A stretch of 20,000 bases of DNA from an uncultured virus (IMG/VR IMGVR_UViG_3300022660_000071) (lineage: Duplodnaviria > Heunggongvirae > Uroviricota > Caudoviricetes), in the IMG/VR virus record IMGVR_UViG_3300022660_000071; one strand, given 5' to 3'. The notes under the pieces are model-generated. The model did no database searches, was not told where the DNA came from, and was given only the letters and a program-made list of their open reading frames with translations. Below are positions 17,451 to 20,000 of the stretch, piece by piece (within the stretch, counting starts at the first letter, position 1; every line of letters begins with the position of its first letter). A program made the translations under genes and the position numbers.

Positions 17451-17467
17451 TATTATATTATACAATA
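17451..17467 (-). promoter_or_regulatory. Promoter-like motif TATTGTATAATATAATA directly upstream of tRNA-Ser
   Basis: 1 mismatch to the 11493 and 14995 copies. Confidence 0.55.
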
Positions 17468-17546
17468 AATTATTTAATTTTTAATCAGGGTACTATTAAT
17501 TTAGCATATAATTTAAAAACAAATTTAATAAAGTATAATATTTTTA

Positions 17547-17622
17547 TGGTCTGAGTGAAGAGACTTGAACTCCCGACCTCTTGAACCCCATTCAAGCGCG
17601 CTACCAACTGCGCCACACCCAG
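17547..17622 (-). tRNA. tRNA-Pro(GGG)
   Basis: CTTGA-ATGGGGT-TCAAG, C1-G72, A73, CCA. Confidence 0.92.
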
Positions 17623-17634
17623 ATATTAAATTTT

Positions 17635-17712
17635 TGGTCGATGTGGGTGGGTTCGAACCACCGACTTCCTGTGTATCAGACAGGTGCTCTAAACCAACTG
17701 AACTACACATCG
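17635..17712 (-). tRNA. tRNA-Ile(GAU)
   Basis: CCTGT-CTGATAC-ACAGG, TTCGAAC, CCA. Confidence 0.9.
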
Positions 17713-17920
17713 ATAGTGCAGAACTATTCCCTGCAGTCATATAACACTGAGTCAGTTATACTACCTCATAGGTTTTCCAACGATTACCAGAGTAAACGCT
17801 CTGTTTTGAGTCTCAAACAGATTAACAATAGGAAGTTTCAACATCCAAACAGGAGCGCCAAAATCTCCTGGTTTTATTCTTCAGCAGTGCCAACGTGATG
17901 GTTATCTCTGTAAGAAGGCT

Positions 17921-17997
17921 TGGCACGCTCTAAGGGACTCGAACCCCTAACCGTTGCGTCCGTAGCGCAAAGCTCTATCCAATTGAGCTAAGAGCGT
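17921..17997 (-). tRNA. tRNA-Arg(ACG)
   Basis: TTGCG-CTACGGA-CGCAA, A20, CCA. Confidence 0.92.
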
Positions 17998-18194
17998 ATG
18001 CATCCTGGTCTATTCCCAGGCGTCATAACGTTATCCTTTCCGCTTTATCTTCATGGGTGGAAAGTCCCTAATCATGCCCATACTCAATTTATTTAATTCC
18101 CTTTATAAGGGCGAGTCTCTGCATCCTTGTGTAATTGCGACTCCCGCAACCAAGGCTTTGTACTCTATTGAACGACTTATGAGTCTAGTCGTAT

Positions 18195-18280
18195 TGGTGG
18201 GCAGGGCTGGATTCGAACCAGCGAACCTAAACAGGGGCGGGTTTACAGCCCGCAGCGTTTAACCTCTTCGCTACCTACCC
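18195..18280 (-). tRNA. tRNA-Tyr(GUA)
   Basis: GCGGG-CTGTAAA-CCCGC, variable arm, CCA. Confidence 0.92.
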
Positions 18281-18297
18281 ATATAATATAACTTAAC

Positions 18298-18372
18298 TGG
18301 TGGGAACGTAGAGGATCGAACTCTAACTATCAGTGCCACAAACTGAGGTGCTACCTTTACACTACATTCCCC
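18298..18372 (-). tRNA. tRNA-His(GUG) with A73 and a genomic G at -1
   Basis: (G)GGGAATG/CGTTCCC-A-CCA; TCAGT-TTGTGGC-ACTGA. Confidence 0.9.
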
Positions 18373-18377
18373 ATATT

Positions 18378-18814
18378 GAGCAGGAGCCCCGTAAACCTGC
18401 TCGTCCCTATCCTACACCTAGAACGAGATTAGTCAGCTTCTCTGTTGATACTTTCGGGACATTTACTGACATTCACGGGTTTTTATTTAAGACTATTCAA
18501 CATAGCCTGTACTACTATAATTTCTTATAGTATCCAAGGAACAATGTAAAAACACTGCCTTGCCTTCCGCACATACGCTACCAAGTAGTTTATGTTATAG
18601 AGTCACTACTAAATCTCTTGCCAGAGGTATTTCAGACAGCTTTTAGTATCTTACCATATCGTAATATGTAAGGTAACATTCAACCCCAGTCTTACTGTCA
18701 AGGCTATTGGACTCACTTATACATCATAGAGGCGATTTCAGCGTTGTCATGTATAAGGTTTGGTGATCCTTCATTTTTAGACCGCCGGTTACCACACTTC
18801 CCGCGGTTTCGTGC
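18378..18814 (-). ncRNA. Candidate large structured ncRNA (ROOL/GOLLD-like setting, family unassigned)
   Basis: No credible ORF; many stems and long-range pairings (see findings); boundaries approximate. Confidence 0.45.
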
Positions 18815-18900
18815 ATAGTAAGTTTTAGTCCAATTAAACTAATCGGGGAGTTGTTCCACTTAAGGCTCCCCAATACAGGGCTCGAACCTATATTTACTAT
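18815..18900 (-). ncRNA. Circularly permuted tRNA-like domain (T arm, then acceptor hairpin, then D arm)
   Basis: ATAGTAA AT ATAGG-TTCGAGC-CCTGT ATTGGGGAG [15 nt] CTCCCCGAT TA GTTT-AATTGGACTA-AAAC TTACTAT. Confidence 0.7.
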
Positions 18901-18973
18901 TGGTACCAGATCTTGGTTACGCTCCAAGCACAGGTGGTGTATGAGACCTCCTTGTGTTCCTAGCACATCTGGC
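18901..18973 (-). ncRNA. Non-canonical tRNA-like RNA with CAU anticodon loop
   Basis: GCCAGAT/ATCTGGT-ACCA; GTG-CTAGGAA-CAC; AGGAGGT-CTCATAC-ACCACCT; CTTGG-AGCGTAA-CCAAG. Confidence 0.65.
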
Positions 18974-19107
18974 ATATTCACAACGCTCCTGATGAACCAG
19001 TCTCGTCGGTGTCAGGGTTTCCTCCACGGCATATGACCTCGTTTTGGCGTAATTCTACCTCTACCTATACTACGCGTTGCTGAGCAGAATTGTACTTTTT
19101 CCGCTTT

Positions 19108-19185
19108 TGGTGCCTCAGGGTGGATTTGAACCGCCGACGTCTAGATTTTCAGTCTAGTGCTCTTACCGAACTGAGCTACCGAGGC
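19108..19185 (-). tRNA. tRNA-Phe(GAA)
   Basis: CTAGA-CTGAAAA-TCTAG, CCA. Confidence 0.92.
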
Positions 19186-19192
19186 ATACTTT

Positions 19193-19268
19193 TGGTCTAG
19201 GTAGCAGGGCTCGAACCTACAACCGTCGCCTTAGAAGGGCGATGCACATCCAATTGTGCTATACCTAG
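19193..19268 (-). tRNA. tRNA-Arg(UCU)
   Basis: TCGCC-CTTCTAA-GGCGA, CCA. Confidence 0.92.
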
Positions 19269-19384
19269 AATCATAGTTTGTGTTTTTTAAGTCATCATAA
19301 AACCAAGCTACTGTGAAAAAGAAAAACTTTCACTTTCAGGAACTTTTATCTAGGGCTCTAATGAAAGTGATAACTGTTTGCCCT

Positions 19385-19501
19385 TGGTATGTCAGAAAGG
19401 ATTTGAACCTTTATAAGAGCTTGCAAGACTCTTCACCCTTAACAGGGTTACGTCTATCCACCTACTGTCTTTGGTCTGCAGGATTTTTCCGCCACTGACA
19501 T
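19385..19501 (-). ncRNA. Expanded tRNA-like RNA (117 nt)
   Basis: ATGTCAG/CTGACAT-ACCA; T arm AAAGG-TTCAAAT-CCTTT; extra hairpins. Confidence 0.7.
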
Positions 19502-19511
19502 GTAATTAAAA

Positions 19512-19631
19512 TGGTCTCAGTTCGCAGCCTTTCTGCATCTACAGGAATATCCGCCTGTCAGGTTAAATCCATATTCTACGCACATATGGTTGTTAGTATA
19601 ACCGGTTCAACTAACTTACCCCAGAACTGAA
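19512..19631 (-). ncRNA. CCA-terminated multi-stem RNA with 8/4 acceptor/T-like stack (120 nt)
   Basis: TTCAGTTC/GAACTGAG-ACCA; GCAG-AAAGG-CTGC; three further hairpins. Confidence 0.55.
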
Positions 19632-19759
19632 TGGTGTTGAGTGAAATGGTATCGGAGTCAAAGCTTTTTCCACATTACATTCCACTACTAAATTTACTTT
19701 GATTAAGTATTTACTAGTATGCTTAAGCATTTCAAAAGTTCGCTATATCCGAACTCAAC
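19632..19759 (-). ncRNA. CCA-terminated RNA with a 7-bp acceptor-like stem (128 nt)
   Basis: GTTGAGT/ACTCAAC-ACCA; starts at the base right after the tRNA-Val CCA. Confidence 0.5.
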
Positions 19760-19835
19760 TGGTACAGAATGACGGGCTCGAACCGCCGACCCATTGCTTG
19801 TAAGACAATTGCTCTCCCAACTGAGCTAATCCTGC
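19760..19835 (-). tRNA. tRNA-Val(UAC)
   Basis: ATTGT-CTTACAA-GCAAT, TTCGAGC, CCA. Confidence 0.92.
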
Positions 19836-19985
19836 AAAAATATGGATAATTTTATTAATATTTTCACTTATTTACTTAAGGCCTATTTTCAATTTGCATA
19901 CTTATATTAATCGAGGAGTATCCATACCTCATGACCCTACGGATTTTGCTTCGGCAGACCATTCTTCACCACATTATAACTGCCC

Positions 19986-20000
19986 TGGCAGGGGATTAAA
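19986..20000 (-). tRNA. Probable 3' end of a further tRNA truncated by the window edge
   Basis: ...ATCCCCT-G-CCA on the minus strand. Confidence 0.35.

Noticed and set aside
17830..17890. Hammerhead ribozyme (CTGAAGA...GAAAC on the minus strand)
   Set aside because: Stem II is out of register and no matching stems I/III with an NUH site were found
18378..19107. tmRNA (including two-piece) or RNase P RNA
   Set aside because: No G3:U70 Ala acceptor with CCA in the permuted domain; no GAGGAAAGUCC plus 3' P4 strand consensus seen
17525..19498. ORFs at 17525, 17581, 18053, 18333, 18724, 18851 and 19313
   Set aside because: Overlap tRNA or tRNA-like genes and structured RNA; chance frames
1..20000. 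Stop-codon reassignment or suppressor tRNA
   Set aside because: Genes are intact and densely packed under the standard code; no CUA/UCA/UUA anticodons found (the Leu UAG anticodon reads CUA codons)
15000..20000. CRISPR array
   Set aside because: The recurring TGG...TTCGAA patterns are tRNA 3' ends and T-loops, not identical repeats with spacers

Overview
AT-rich segment of a large contractile-tailed (myovirus/jumbo-like) phage; every credible gene is on the minus strand. 1-7459 is a baseplate module: a giant gp6/baseplate-J-like wedge ORF of >2100 aa running off the left edge, a gp25-like protein and a gpV/gp5-OB-like spike. 7589-14974 holds small accessory genes, including an apparent tRNA/RNA repair set: metallophosphoesterase, small P-loop protein, Thg1-like 3'-5' polymerase and an OB-fold ATP-dependent RNA ligase. 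15063-20000 is a dense tRNA/ncRNA array: 17 intact canonical tRNAs, one interrupted tRNA-Thr, and many non-canonical RNAs. The standout is a nested ('matryoshka') gene: a complete 119-nt CCA-ending tRNA-like element inserted exactly between U34 and G35 of a tRNA-Thr(UGU). Also present are a circularly permuted (YrlA-topology) tRNA-like domain, a run of CCA-terminated tRNA-like RNAs, an anticodon-less mini-tRNA, a tRNA-His with A73 and a candidate ~450-nt ornate ncRNA. All folds were derived by eye, not computed.
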